From assembly GCA_963718525.1 (NCBI GenBank), contig OY970355.1:1056001-1120000 (forward strand): a stretch of DNA of 64,000 bases, written 5' to 3'. A program made the position numbers and the translations under genes. The notes under the pieces are model-generated. The model made no database searches. It saw nothing but the letters and a program-made list of their open reading frames with translations, and was not told the DNA's origin. The DNA comes from Candidatus Dormiibacterota bacterium. GTDB lineage: Bacteria > Chloroflexota > Dormibacteria > Aeolococcales > Aeolococcaceae. Positions 42,130 to 51,877 of the stretch are shown here, in pieces; within the stretch, counting starts at the first letter, position 1, and every line of letters starts with the position of its first letter.

Positions 42130-42891
42130 TCAGACGAAGTATATGCCCATGTTCCGAAGCGCACCCGTCAATTCGCTAAGCGCCGCAATCACCGCATCGG
42201 CATCGCCGGATCCGCGTTCACCATTCCTGCGGAGCAGCACCGCGCGCATGCCGGCTGCGTGCGCGCCGGCGATGTCGGCGGTCTCACTGTCGCCGACCAT
42301 GACGGTGTTGGCGGCGTCCGTCCCGAGAGCCTCCATCGCCGCGTCGAAGATGTGGGGCGAGGGCTTGCGCCATCCGACCTCCGCGGAGAAGGTGATCGAG
42401 TTGAGGTGGCCGGCGAGCCCGACAAAGGCGAGCTGTGCGTGGAGCGACGCAACCCGGTAGGGCGCGTTCGAACACAGGCCGACGCGAAGTCCCCGGCCGC
42501 GCAGGGCATCGAGGAGCGGAATCGCCTCCGGGTCGAGACGCGCGCCGTGCCACCAGGCCTCCTGTTCGATCCGCAGCAGCTCATCGAGAAGGGCCGTATC
42601 GATGCTGACTCCGGCCGCCGTGTAGGCGCGGAGCGACGCGGCCGCAGGGTCCATCTCCTCGAGGGCTCCGCCGCGCTGATACTCGGCGACCTCACGCTCC
42701 ACGCGGTCGAGGACTCCACGAAGCGTTGTCGGTGACGGGGCCCCCTGGCCTGATGCCATCAGCACCTCGAGGATCCGGTGCTCGGCCTCGGCGAGCGCGG
42801 CAACGGGACGCGAGAATTCGACCAGGGTTTCGCCGTAGTCGAAGAGGATGCCGCCCAAAGGGCGTGGTGGCTCTTCCGCGGCGCGGGTCAC
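42130..42891 (-). CDS. HAD family hydrolase
   Basis: LFDYGETL, CSN, KPSPHIF and VGDSETADI motifs. Confidence 0.88.
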   Translation of the reverse strand: MTRAAEEPPRPLGGILFDYGETLVEFSRPVAALAEAEHRILEVLMASGQGAPSPTTLRGVLDRVEREVAEYQRGGALEEMDPAAASLRAYTAAGVSIDTALLDELLRIEQEAWWHGARLDPEAIPLLDALRGRGLRVGLCSNAPYRVASLHAQLAFVGLAGHLNSITFSAEVGWRKPSPHIFDAAMEALGTDAANTVMVGDSETADIAGAHAAGMRAVLLRRNGERGSGDADAVIAALSELTGALRNMGIYFV

Positions 42892-43298
42892 CCGGGAGCG
42901 ACACCTCCGGCGCCGCCACCGCCGCCACGCCCGCCCCTGCCGCGGTGCTTGCGACCCCCTTGCCAGCGCCGCTTGGGGCGTTTGCCGGTGCTCCGCGGTA
43001 CAGGCGACAGTTTCTCCAGGTACGCCTCGCCGGGGCTCGGCTCCTTGGGGCGACCGGCACGGGCACCGGGTGCCGAGGCAACCCGAGCCTCGTATTCGGC
43101 GAGCACGGCCTCGAGCGGTCGTTTGTCACTCGCCGGCGGCGCGGCCGTTTCCGCCCACGGCTGGGACTTGGGACTTGCCTCGGCAGCGAGCATGTCGCCG
43201 CCGGGTATCTCGGGGACGGCATCGAGCACGGATTCAATGGCCCTCGCGATGAGACGGTCGGCCTCGACGGGGTCGTGAAGCGGTCGATCAGCCGGCAT
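42888..43298 (-). CDS. Hypothetical low-complexity protein with basic RGG-like tail
   Basis: Fills the operon gap, overlapping both neighbours; ends KRPKRRWQGGRKHRGRGGRGGG. Confidence 0.55.
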   Translation of the reverse strand: MPADRPLHDPVEADRLIARAIESVLDAVPEIPGGDMLAAEASPKSQPWAETAAPPASDKRPLEAVLAEYEARVASAPGARAGRPKEPSPGEAYLEKLSPVPRSTGKRPKRRWQGGRKHRGRGGRGGGGGAGGVAPG

Positions 43299-43935
43299 CG
43301 CGGTTGACACTCCAGCCGGCGAGCCCCAGGCCCGCGATTGTCTTGACGTCCACCTCGCCACGGTGGACCAGCTCTTCAACGCCCGCCCGATCGAATCGCC
43401 GGACGTCCATTCGTTCATCGGCATCACGATTCGTCGGCCCCTCAGTGAGGTCGACGGCCATGAAGAAATGCATCACCTCCGTTGAGTAGCCCGGAGTCAG
43501 TGGTGCCGAGGCCAGCGGGGTGATCTGCGCGGTGCGCAGCCCGGTCTCCTCGGCGAGCTCACGCTCGGCGGTGCGAGCCGGTGCCTCGCCGGCATCGCGC
43601 GTGCCAGCAGGCAATTCCCACAGCGCGCGACCGATGGCGTGGCGCCACTGGCGCACCAGTACCACCTTCTCATCGTCATCGATTGCCACGATCGCGACCG
43701 CGCCGGGGTGAGCCACCACCTCACGTTGCGCCACCGTCCCGTCCGCGAGCCGGACATCGTCCTCGTAAAAGGTCAGCAGGCGCCCGGGGTAGATGATCCG
43801 CCGGGATGTCTGCGTTTCCCGAAGGTGTTCCGTGGCCTCGAGATCTTCGGGGCCGACGTCAGTGCCAGTGGTCACCCGCTGAGTTTGGGCCCCCAGAAGC
43901 GATTCAGGCGCAGGACCACTCGTGGGACTGTCCAT
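43288..43935 (-). CDS. NUDIX hydrolase (ADP-ribose pyrophosphatase-like)
   Basis: REVVAHPGAV, LVRQWR and ELPAG...AERELAEETG motifs. Start uncertain. Confidence 0.9.
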   Translation of the reverse strand: MDSPTSGPAPESLLGAQTQRVTTGTDVGPEDLEATEHLRETQTSRRIIYPGRLLTFYEDDVRLADGTVAQREVVAHPGAVAIVAIDDDEKVVLVRQWRHAIGRALWELPAGTRDAGEAPARTAERELAEETGLRTAQITPLASAPLTPGYSTEVMHFFMAVDLTEGPTNRDADERMDVRRFDRAGVEELVHRGEVDVKTIAGLGLAGWSVNRDAG

Positions 43936-44473
43936 GGGCAAACATCTTCGCCGCGATGTTCGCCTGGGCAACGGGGTCCCAGATCGAAGCAGCGCTCCCG
44001 CCGTTGGCGATGAAGGTCGACATCAGGAACTGGAAAACCCCGATATAGGGCCCGCTCGGGTTGACCGAATTCCAGTGGAAGTGCGATTCGCAGTTCGCGG
44101 TCCGCAGCATCCATGCGACGTTCACGCCCCAGTGCTGCGCGGCGGCGGTGATGTCGGCCACCACCTGCGCCTGGCTAACCGACAGGCCGCTCGGGACCAC
44201 GAAACCCGGGTGCGAGACCCGGCGGCGTCGAGGCGCCACGTGCTTGGGGGCCGGCAACGCCACGCTGACGAGCGTCGCCGAGCGAACCCGAAGCATCATC
44301 GGATGCGCCGTCACGTTGGTGAGGCGGTCGATCTCCCCGATCGAGGACCGCACGAGGGACGCAGTCGCGACGGGCGTGGGCGCCGGCGCCGTGATGAGCA
44401 CAGCGGTCGCCGGTCCGGCCACCAACATGAGGCCACCGAGGACCAATCCGCGTGCCCGCTTGGGTAAATGCAA
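43904..44473 (-). CDS. Exported lytic transglycosylase / Rpf-like protein
   Basis: N-terminal hydrophobic signal and lysozyme-like motifs ANCES..NSVNPSGPYIGVFQF...QANIA...WSC. TTG start with AGGAG RBS. Confidence 0.8.
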   Translation of the reverse strand: MHLPKRARGLVLGGLMLVAGPATAVLITAPAPTPVATASLVRSSIGEIDRLTNVTAHPMMLRVRSATLVSVALPAPKHVAPRRRRVSHPGFVVPSGLSVSQAQVVADITAAAQHWGVNVAWMLRTANCESHFHWNSVNPSGPYIGVFQFLMSTFIANGGSAASIWDPVAQANIAAKMFAHGQSHEWSCA

Positions 44474-44490
44474 GGCGCAACTCCTGTTTT

Positions 44491-44605
44491 GGTCGGGCTC
44501 CGGTCTCTCTCCCCTGACCGGGCTTGGAATGCGGCTCGACCTCCCACTGCCCCTCTGGAGACGTCTCGTCTCGAAGACAGCGTGGCGACCTGAGCCGGGC
44601 CGACC
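44491..44605 (-). promoter_or_regulatory. Structured 5' leader (candidate cis-regulatory RNA)
   Basis: Minus-strand helices CGGCTC/GAGCCG, GAGACG-aga-CGTCTC, CCGGTC/GACCGG and GGTCGG/CCGACC; a TG-TAGGGT -10-like element is at the 5' edge. Confidence 0.4.
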
Positions 44606-44659
44606 CTACCACACCAGGTACTTGTGCCTGCAACCAGGCCAAACGAATCGATCGCCTCC

Positions 44660-45367
44660 CTACCAGCCGGTGGACGCCCCGAGTGCACAGGAGGAAGGCG
44701 CGGCGCTCAGCACGACGGGGACGTCGGCGGCAAGGCTGGATCCCGCCTGCCAGATGAATTGCTCCGAGCCCCCACCGACGATCACCCCCGCGCCGTTCTT
44801 GCAGACTGCGAAGGCCACCACCGCGACGCCTGCGGAGATCGCCGAGGATGGTGAAAGGCTCCCTTTGACATCGCCATAGCCGTGTCCGGAGTGGCATGGC
44901 TGGCACGCATAGGCGGCGGACGCGGTGGGGAAGACGGGTCCGATGCTGGTTGTCCAGGAGCCGACGGCGACGCTCACGCTCACGCTCGCAGCCCCTGTGC
45001 AGGCGTCGGTGCAATCGGCAGTCACAGCCAGGACCTCGCCCGGCGCGAGGTTGACCGGCACCGAGTTGAGCGAGCCGAGGGTCCTGCCGGCGCGATGCGT
45101 GACGAAATGGACCATGACCGAGGCCGCGGCGTGATACGTCGCCTCGTTCTTGAGGCTGGCGACGGGGAACGCCGCCAGATCGAAGGTGCCGATGCCGATC
45201 TCGAGCACGGCAACGGTCTGGGTATCGGGCGGCAGCGGCGTCGGGGATGGAGAGGGTGTGGCCGTCGGCGACCTGCTCGGCGCCGGCGTGGGCGATCCCG
45301 AACAGGCCGAGAGCATCACCACCACGATGCCGGCGAGCCAGCGGATGGCGGACGGCGGCTGAGGCAT
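44660..45367 (-). CDS. Hypothetical Cys-rich lipoprotein
   Basis: Lipobox LSAC, Pro/Ser/Thr linker and beta-rich domains; TAGGAT lies 7 nt before the ATG. Confidence 0.7.
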   Translation of the reverse strand: MPQPPSAIRWLAGIVVVMLSACSGSPTPAPSRSPTATPSPSPTPLPPDTQTVAVLEIGIGTFDLAAFPVASLKNEATYHAAASVMVHFVTHRAGRTLGSLNSVPVNLAPGEVLAVTADCTDACTGAASVSVSVAVGSWTTSIGPVFPTASAAYACQPCHSGHGYGDVKGSLSPSSAISAGVAVVAFAVCKNGAGVIVGGGSEQFIWQAGSSLAADVPVVLSAAPSSCALGASTGW

Positions 45368-45415
45368 CGTCATCATCCTAGGGTCCTTTCCCGCCCGCAA
45401 TCAGCGAGTGACAGA

Positions 45416-45433
45416 ATTGACATCGACGTCAAT
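45416..45433. promoter_or_regulatory. Palindromic operator candidate upstream of the acyl-CoA dehydrogenase
   Basis: ATTGACATCGACGTCAAT pairs at 8 of 9 positions. Confidence 0.6.
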
Positions 45434-45458
45434 GGCTCGGCCCAGGAGGCATTTGCTC

Positions 45459-46601
45459 GTGCGGTTCACGGCTGAGCACGACGCGCTTCGGGAGTCGGTA
45501 CGCGATTTCGTCGCCAGGGAATTGCGTCCCCACGCCGATGAGTGGGAAGCGGCTGAGGGTTTTCCTGACAGCGTGTTCCGGCGGATGGGTGAGCTCGGGC
45601 TCCTCGGCCTGCGCTACCCGGAGCGGTACGGCGGTCAGGGCGGCGACTATTTCAGCGCAATCGTCCTCGCCGAGGAGATGGCGCGCTGCGGTTCCGGTGG
45701 CGTGGGGATGGCCATCAGCGTGCACACGGAGATGGCGACGCCACCCATCCTCAAATGGGGTACTGAGGAGCAGAAGCAGCGCTATCTCGCGCCCGCGATC
45801 AGAGGGGAGAAGATCGCAGCGCTCGGAATCACGGAACCGGACGCGGGGAGCGACGTGGCGAGCATCCGCACCCGCGCCGATCGGGTCGACGGCCACTGGC
45901 GGCTGAACGGCAGCAAGCTCTACATCACCAACGGGGTGCGCTGCGACTTCATCCTGCTGGTGGCACGCACCGGCGCGCAGGAGGACGGCGCGCACGGGAT
46001 CACCCTTTTCCTCGTCGACAAGGGCCTCCCGGGCTTCACCGTCTCGCGCAAGCTCAAGAAGCTGGGGATGCACTCCAGTGACACCGCCGAGCTCTCCTTC
46101 AACGACGTCGAGGTGGGCGACGACGCCGTGCTCGGCGAGGTTGGCCAGGGCTTCTACAACCTCATGTGGGAGCTCCAGGGTGAGCGCCTGATCGGCTCCG
46201 CGGGCTCCATCGCAGGCGCCGAGGTCGCCTTCGAGGAGACCTTGAAGTGGTGCAAGCAACGTGAGGTGTTCGGCCGGCCGATCGCGAGGTTCCAGGTGAA
46301 CCGGCACAAGCTCGTCGACCTCTATACCGAGATCACCGTCGCCAAGAACTTCGTGTACAGCATCGCCGAGCGCTGGGATCGCGACGAGTACCCGGTGACC
46401 GAGATCTCGATGGCGAAGCTCGTGGTCGGGCGGGTGACGACGCTCGTGGCCGACACCTGCCTGCAGCTCCACGGCGGCATGGGCTACATGGCCGAGTCCG
46501 GCATCTCCCGATACTTCCGCAACTCGCAACTCATCCGGATCGGTGGCGGCACCGACGAGGTGATGAAGGAGATCATCGCCAAGACGGCGCTCGGGTTATG
46601 A
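45459..46601 (+). CDS. Acyl-CoA dehydrogenase
   Basis: ITEPDAGSDV, LNGSKLYITNG, REVFG, QLHGGMG and IGGGTDEVM motifs; AGGAGG RBS. Confidence 0.95.
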   Translation: MRFTAEHDALRESVRDFVARELRPHADEWEAAEGFPDSVFRRMGELGLLGLRYPERYGGQGGDYFSAIVLAEEMARCGSGGVGMAISVHTEMATPPILKWGTEEQKQRYLAPAIRGEKIAALGITEPDAGSDVASIRTRADRVDGHWRLNGSKLYITNGVRCDFILLVARTGAQEDGAHGITLFLVDKGLPGFTVSRKLKKLGMHSSDTAELSFNDVEVGDDAVLGEVGQGFYNLMWELQGERLIGSAGSIAGAEVAFEETLKWCKQREVFGRPIARFQVNRHKLVDLYTEITVAKNFVYSIAERWDRDEYPVTEISMAKLVVGRVTTLVADTCLQLHGGMGYMAESGISRYFRNSQLIRIGGGTDEVMKEIIAKTALGL

Positions 46602-46685
46602 GGCTGGGCAAACTCGTGGCCGGCGGCCGCCTGCGACGCATCCGGCCGCGAGTCCTGCCTGGTGGCCATGGTGATCGGTCCTGAG

Positions 46686-47033
46686 TCAGCGGTCCTCAAT
46701 CAGCCCCAGAACGTTGCCGTCGGGGTCCGTGAAGCTCGCCACCAGGCGCCCGCCGCCGACCTCGCGCGGGGCATCCTTCAACGTGCCGCCGGCAGCGGTC
46801 ACCTCGGCCAGCTTCGATTCGATGTTGGCCACGTGCCAGTGGGCCACGGGCGACGTCATGCCACTGTTCGGCACCAGCCCGATCTGCTGGCCCGCCGCGT
46901 CGTAGCCGACGTAGAAGGCGCTGTCGGCCATGGGCTCGACGCCAAGCAGCGCGGTGTACACCGGCTTCGCCTTCTCGAGGTCGGTGACGGGATGCAGCAC
47001 GGTCTTGATGCCCATCGTGGGAGCGGTGGTCAT
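46686..47033 (-). CDS. VOC/glyoxalase family protein
   Basis: HPVTDLEKAK...VGGGRLVASFTDPDGNVLGL; AGGAG RBS. Confidence 0.9.
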   Translation of the reverse strand: MTTAPTMGIKTVLHPVTDLEKAKPVYTALLGVEPMADSAFYVGYDAAGQQIGLVPNSGMTSPVAHWHVANIESKLAEVTAAGGTLKDAPREVGGGRLVASFTDPDGNVLGLIEDR

Positions 47034-47076
47034 GGTTACTCCTGATGTCGTCGCGGTGTTGTCCATGACGCTCATG

Positions 47077-47520
47077 CTAGGTGCGGCTCACGGCCGTCGC
47101 TTCTCGATTCCTGATCGGCTTGGTCACCTGTTTGGCTACGCATGACGGCATCCCCGCCGTCGCACGTGACGTGTCCCGCCGGTAGGTGCTGGGGGGCACA
47201 CCGACCAGTTCGGTGAAGCGAGTGCTGAAGGTGCCCAGCGAAGAGCAGCCGACCGCGAAACAGACCTCGGTGACGCTGAGGTCGCCACGGCGGAGCAGCG
47301 CCATCGCGCGCTCGATGCGCCGGGTCATGAGGTAGCCGTAGGGCGCCTCGCCGTACGCGAGCCGGAACTCGCGGCTGAGATGCCCGGCCGACATGTTCGC
47401 CCCGCGGGCGAGCGCCTCGACGTCGAGCGGTTGCTCGTAGTCACGGTCGATGCGGTCGCGTACGCGTCGCAGCCGCGCGAGGTCGCGCAGATGCTGCGTC
47501 TCGGCAGACGTGATGGTCAC
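47077..47520 (-). CDS. Single-domain AraC-family regulator
   Basis: LRRVRDRIDRDY..PLDVEALA and SVTEVCFAVGCSSLGTFSTRF motifs. Confidence 0.93.
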   Translation of the reverse strand: MTITSAETQHLRDLARLRRVRDRIDRDYEQPLDVEALARGANMSAGHLSREFRLAYGEAPYGYLMTRRIERAMALLRRGDLSVTEVCFAVGCSSLGTFSTRFTELVGVPPSTYRRDTSRATAGMPSCVAKQVTKPIRNREATAVSRT

Positions 47521-47593
47521 CTCTGAGATCGTGCCACGTTGCGCCGGAGGAGCCTAGACTCCGCACGACACCGACAGCTCGGAGGACTACCTG

Positions 47594-48364
47594 ATGCAGG
47601 ACCGGATCATCGGCACCACCATGCCCGTGCTCGAGATCACGCTCGACCCGGGCGAGGCAATCTTCTCCGAGTCCGGAGAGCTCTCGTGGATGACGCAGTC
47701 GATCGTCATGCAGACCTCAACCCAGATGGGCGGCGGCGGTGGCGTGGGCGGCGTGTTCAAGCGGGCGCTCGGTGGGAGCTCGATCTTCATGAGCGAGTAT
47801 TCGGCGCAGGGAGCCCCTGGCATGGTCGCGTTTGCGGCGCGCCTCCCCGGCATGATCTTTCCGCTCGACGTTGCGCCGCAACCGGGTATGGGCTATCTCG
47901 GCCACCGACACTCGTTCGTCTGTGGTGTGCACGGCGTGCAGCTGTCGGTGGGATTCCAGCAGCACCTGGGCGCCGGATTGTTCGGTGGCGACGGGTTCCG
48001 CCTCGAAAAGATCTCGGGTCAGGGACGCGCCTGGTGCGAGCTCAGTGGCGAGGTGCTGACGTACGACCTCAAACCGGGTGAGAGCCTGCGCGTGCATCCA
48101 GCCCATGTCGGCCTGTTCCAGGACACGGTGCAGTTCAGCATCACGACCATCAAGGGCATCAAGAACAAGATCTTCGGCGGCGACGGCATCTTCCTCGCGC
48201 TGCTCACCGGACCGGGTCGCGTGTGGCTCCAGTCGCTCCCGCTGCAGAAGCTCGCGCAGGCGCTTGGTGAGTTCTCGCCTGGTCAGGCTGCCGAGGCCGG
48301 GGTTGCTGGCGGCGTTGCCGGCGGTGCCGCCAGCGGCGTCATGCGGGGGATTTTCGGGGGCTGA
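47594..48364 (+). CDS. AIM24 (TIGR00266-like) family protein
   Basis: [15 protein letters not shown] and [13 protein letters not shown] motifs; GGAGG RBS. Confidence 0.88.
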   Translation: MQDRIIGTTMPVLEITLDPGEAIFSESGELSWMTQSIVMQTSTQMGGGGGVGGVFKRALGGSSIFMSEYSAQGAPGMVAFAARLPGMIFPLDVAPQPGMGYLGHRHSFVCGVHGVQLSVGFQQHLGAGLFGGDGFRLEKISGQGRAWCELSGEVLTYDLKPGESLRVHPAHVGLFQDTVQFSITTIKGIKNKIFGGDGIFLALLTGPGRVWLQSLPLQKLAQALGEFSPGQAAEAGVAGGVAGGAASGVMRGIFGG

Positions 48365-48914
48365 ACTCGCTGCGCTGAAACAGCGCGTGCAGCGTGATCC
48401 CCGCCGCCTCGAGGGCTTCGCGTCCGCCCTCTTCACGGTCGACCACGCACAGCGCTCCCGCGATCGCGGCGCCGGTGGCGACAACCGCCTCCTGCGCCTG
48501 AAGGAACGTGCCGCCCGTCGTCATCGTGTCGTCCACAAGGAGCACGCGCATCCCCGGTCGCAGGTCCGGGCCCTCGATGGGCCGGCCCGTGCCGTGCGCC
48601 TTGACCTCCTTGCGGACGATGAACGCGGTGATCGGATGGTCGGTCTCCCCGCTGAGCGCCGCGGTGGCAGCGGCGATCGGATCCGCGCCGAGCGTCAAGC
48701 CGCCCACTGCATCGATGGCGTTGTCGCGGCAGTGTTCGAGCGTGAACCTCGCAACCAGATACAGCCCACGTCCGTCGAGCGTCACCTGCTTGCCGTCGAC
48801 GTAGTAGTCACTGGTGCGCCCACTGGTGAGCGTGAACGTGCCGTACTTGAACGCGCGTACCGCGACAAGCTCGCGGAGCTCCTCACGGAGATCGGTATCG
48901 ATCGCGGTGCTCAC
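48339..48914 (-). CDS. pyrE: Orotate phosphoribosyltransferase
   Basis: [42 protein letters not shown] and [10 protein letters not shown] at 48914. Confidence 0.92.
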   Translation of the reverse strand: MSTAIDTDLREELRELVAVRAFKYGTFTLTSGRTSDYYVDGKQVTLDGRGLYLVARFTLEHCRDNAIDAVGGLTLGADPIAAATAALSGETDHPITAFIVRKEVKAHGTGRPIEGPDLRPGMRVLLVDDTMTTGGTFLQAQEAVVATGAAIAGALCVVDREEGGREALEAAGITLHALFQRSEFSPRKSPA

Positions 48915-50399
48915 GGCGTCCAACGCAGGATGGGGTGACGCGCGGCGCGCACCTCGTCGACCCGGCTCACCGGCGTCTCGTGGGGCGCGTTCTGTACAAA
49001 TGCCAGGTCGCGTTCCGCCTCGTCGACGATCTCCGCGCAGATGCCGGCGAAAGCGTCGAGGCTCTGCTTCGAACTCGGTCTCGGTGGGCTCGAACATCAA
49101 CGCCTCGGGAACGGTCAGCGGGAAGTAAACGGTCGGCGCATAGACACCGTAGTCCAGCAGCCGTTTGGCGACGTCCATCGCGCGCAGCCCTTCGACGCGG
49201 CCGCCCTTGGTGCTTGCCACGAATTCGTGCATGCACGGCGTCTGTACCGCCATCGCGAACAGACCGGCGAGCTTCGCCTGCAGGTAGCGTGCGTTGAGAA
49301 CGGCATCACGCGCCACCCAGGGGAGATGATCGCCGTAGGCGCGGATGTACGCATACGCTCGGACAAGCATCCCGAAGTTCCCAAAGTACGAGCGCACTTT
49401 GCCGACGCTCTTCGGACGCGCGGCGTCGAGAAAGAAACGGTCGCCGTCGCGCTCGACGGTCGGTGTCGGCAGGAAGTCGACGAGCCGCTCGCCCACCCCC
49501 ACCGGGCCCGCTCCCGGACCGCCACCGCCGTGCGGGGTCGAGAACGTCTTGTGCAGGTTGAGGTGAACAACGTCGAACCCCATGTCACCGGGTCGCGCCA
49601 TCCCGACCAGCGCGTTGAGGTTGGCGCCGTCGTAGTACACGAGCGCGCCGGCCTCATGCGCCAGCCTGGCGATCTCCACGATGTCCTTCTCGAACACGCC
49701 GAGCGTGTTGGGGTTGGTGAGCATGACGGCGGCCACGGTGGCGTCGAGGTGGCTCGAGAAATCGTCGACGTCGACGGTGCCGTCGTGGTTGCTCTTCACC
49801 GTCACGACTTCGAGGCCGCACGCGGCGGCGGACGCGGGGTTGGTGCCGTGCGCCGAGTTGGGGATGAGCACCCGGGTGCGTGCTGTGTCGCCCCGATCGG
49901 CGTGGTAGGCCTGGATCATGCGCAGACCGGTCCACTCCCCATGCGCGCCCGCCGCAGGCTGGAGTGACATGCGCGCCATTCCCGTGATCGATGCGAGCAG
50001 GCGGTCGAGCTCCCACATCAGTTCCAGGGCGCCCTGTGTGTCCTCCTCGTCCTGGTACGGATGCAGCTGCGCGAAGCCGTCGAGCCAGGCGAGCTGCTCG
50101 TCGACCACGGGGTTGTACTTCATCGTGCACGAGCCGAGCGGATACATCCCTTCGTGGAGGTTGTGATTGCGACGCGCGAGACGCCCGAAGTGGCGCGCAA
50201 GCACGGCCTCCGGAACTGCGGGCACGGTGGGCGGCGCCTTGCGCAGCAGCGCCTCGGGAACCGAAGTGGCGCCGCCGGAGACCGGGACGCCGGCTGCGGT
50301 CACCGCGGGTCCGTTCGTGTAATCGGTGCTCAGCTCGAACACGAGCGGTTCGTCGACCGCCCACCTGGCTCCGCGGTTCACGTCGGGGATGCCGTTCAT
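48911..50399 (-). CDS. gcvPB: Glycine dehydrogenase subunit 2, with a 1-nt frameshift at about 49072
   Basis: [38 protein letters not shown] and EPTETE. The canonical C-terminus (SKQSLDAF...[14 protein letters not shown]) continues in another frame to a TGA at 48913-48911. Confidence 0.9.
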
Positions 50400-51769
50400 G
50401 CGTGCGCCATCGCAACGCTGCGCTCCGCCGCGACCACCTCAGCCGCAGCGGCAGCGTACCGGTCGATCGCCTGCGGTGACGTGAGCTCTGTGCAGCAGAC
50501 GACGAGCTCGTGGTCTCGCGTCGCGTCAATGCGACCGAGCGGCAGACCAGCCACGATGCCTCGCCGGCGCATCGCCTTCGCGAACGCGGTTGCGCTGCCT
50601 GGAGTTCGCAGCACGAACTCCCAGAGAAACGGCGTCGCCGCGTGAGTCAGCGAGAGTCCGTCAATCGCCGTGAGCCGGTCCGCAAGGTGATGCGCGCGCT
50701 GCGCGCTCACCTCGGCAACGGCGCGCATGCCACCTGCACCCATGTGCGCCATGTACACGGTGGCGGCAAGCGCGATGAGCGCGTGGTTGGTGCAGATGTT
50801 GGACGTCGCATGCTCGCGGCGGATGTGCTGCTCGCGCGCCTGCAGGGTCAGTGTGTACGCGCGCCGCTCGTCGTGGTCCAGGGTCATGCCGACGAGGCGG
50901 CCGGGGATGCGCCGCATCTGCGCTTGCGCCACCGACATGAAGCCGACATGCGGTCCACCGAACGACGCGGGGATGCCGAGGGGCTGACCGTCGCCGACGG
51001 CGACATCGAAACCGCACTCACCGGGAGACGTCAGCAACGCGCACGCATGCAGGTCGGTGGCGCAGATGGCCAGTGCGCCGGCGTCGTGAGCGGCCTGCGC
51101 AAGTGGCGCGAGGTCCTGGATGGTTCCCGCAAAGCTCGGGTACTGCACGAGCAGGGCAGCGTGGTCAGCCGTCAGTGCAGAGCGCACGGTTCCGAGCGCA
51201 AGGATGCCGTCGCCGGTCGGGATGACATCGATGCTGATGCGCCGCCCTTCGCCGAAGGTGCGCAGCACCGCGATGGTTTCCGGGTGCACGGTGTCCACGA
51301 CCGCGATGCGGGTGCGACCGGTTGCCTGCACGGCGATGACCATCGCCTCGGCTGCCGCGGTTGCCCCGTCGTAGAGCGACGCGTTCGCCACGTCGAGGCC
51401 GGTGAGCGCGCAGATCATCGACTGGAACTCGAAGATCGTCTGCAGGGTCCCCTGCGAAGCCTCGGCCTGGTAGGGGGTGTACGCCGTGTAGAACTCGGGC
51501 CGCGAGATGGTGCCGCGAACGATGGCGGGACTGAACCTCCGGTAGACACCGGCGCCGAGAAAGCTGTCGTACGTGCTCAATGACCGGTTTCGCGAAGCAA
51601 GTCGCTCGAGCTCCGCGACGAGGTCCTGCTCGGACAGCGGCGACGGGAGGTCGATCTGAGGATTGCGGAGGGCGGCCGGAATCGTGGTGAACAGGTCCGT
51701 TTCCGACGCCGCTCCCACCGCATCGAGCATCTCGCGACGTTCGGCATCGGAGTTGGGGAGATACGCCAT
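50396..51769 (-). CDS. gcvPA: Glycine dehydrogenase subunit 1
   Basis: [31 protein letters not shown] and [17 protein letters not shown] motifs. Confidence 0.95.
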   Translation of the reverse strand: MAYLPNSDAERREMLDAVGAASETDLFTTIPAALRNPQIDLPSPLSEQDLVAELERLASRNRSLSTYDSFLGAGVYRRFSPAIVRGTISRPEFYTAYTPYQAEASQGTLQTIFEFQSMICALTGLDVANASLYDGATAAAEAMVIAVQATGRTRIAVVDTVHPETIAVLRTFGEGRRISIDVIPTGDGILALGTVRSALTADHAALLVQYPSFAGTIQDLAPLAQAAHDAGALAICATDLHACALLTSPGECGFDVAVGDGQPLGIPASFGGPHVGFMSVAQAQMRRIPGRLVGMTLDHDERRAYTLTLQAREQHIRREHATSNICTNHALIALAATVYMAHMGAGGMRAVAEVSAQRAHHLADRLTAIDGLSLTHAATPFLWEFVLRTPGSATAFAKAMRRRGIVAGLPLGRIDATRDHELVVCCTELTSPQAIDRYAAAAAEVVAAERSVAMAHA

Positions 51770-51877
51770 GCTCAAAGTATGCCGGGCAGTGGGAGGCGCC
51801 CGGGAGCCGCGCCGCCGTGAGCGGGCGGATCCACGGCCGAAGGTTTGCTCAGCCGAACCGTTGGTAGACTGCATGTG

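Noticed and set aside
48339-50399. GcvPB-PyrE as a genuine evolved fusion enzyme
   Set aside because: The linker is the out-of-frame reading of the normal GcvPB C-terminus, and one base removal restores two normal genes.
51770-51877. Glycine riboswitch upstream of gcvPA
   Set aside because: No aptamer motifs; a -10-like element sits directly before the ATG.
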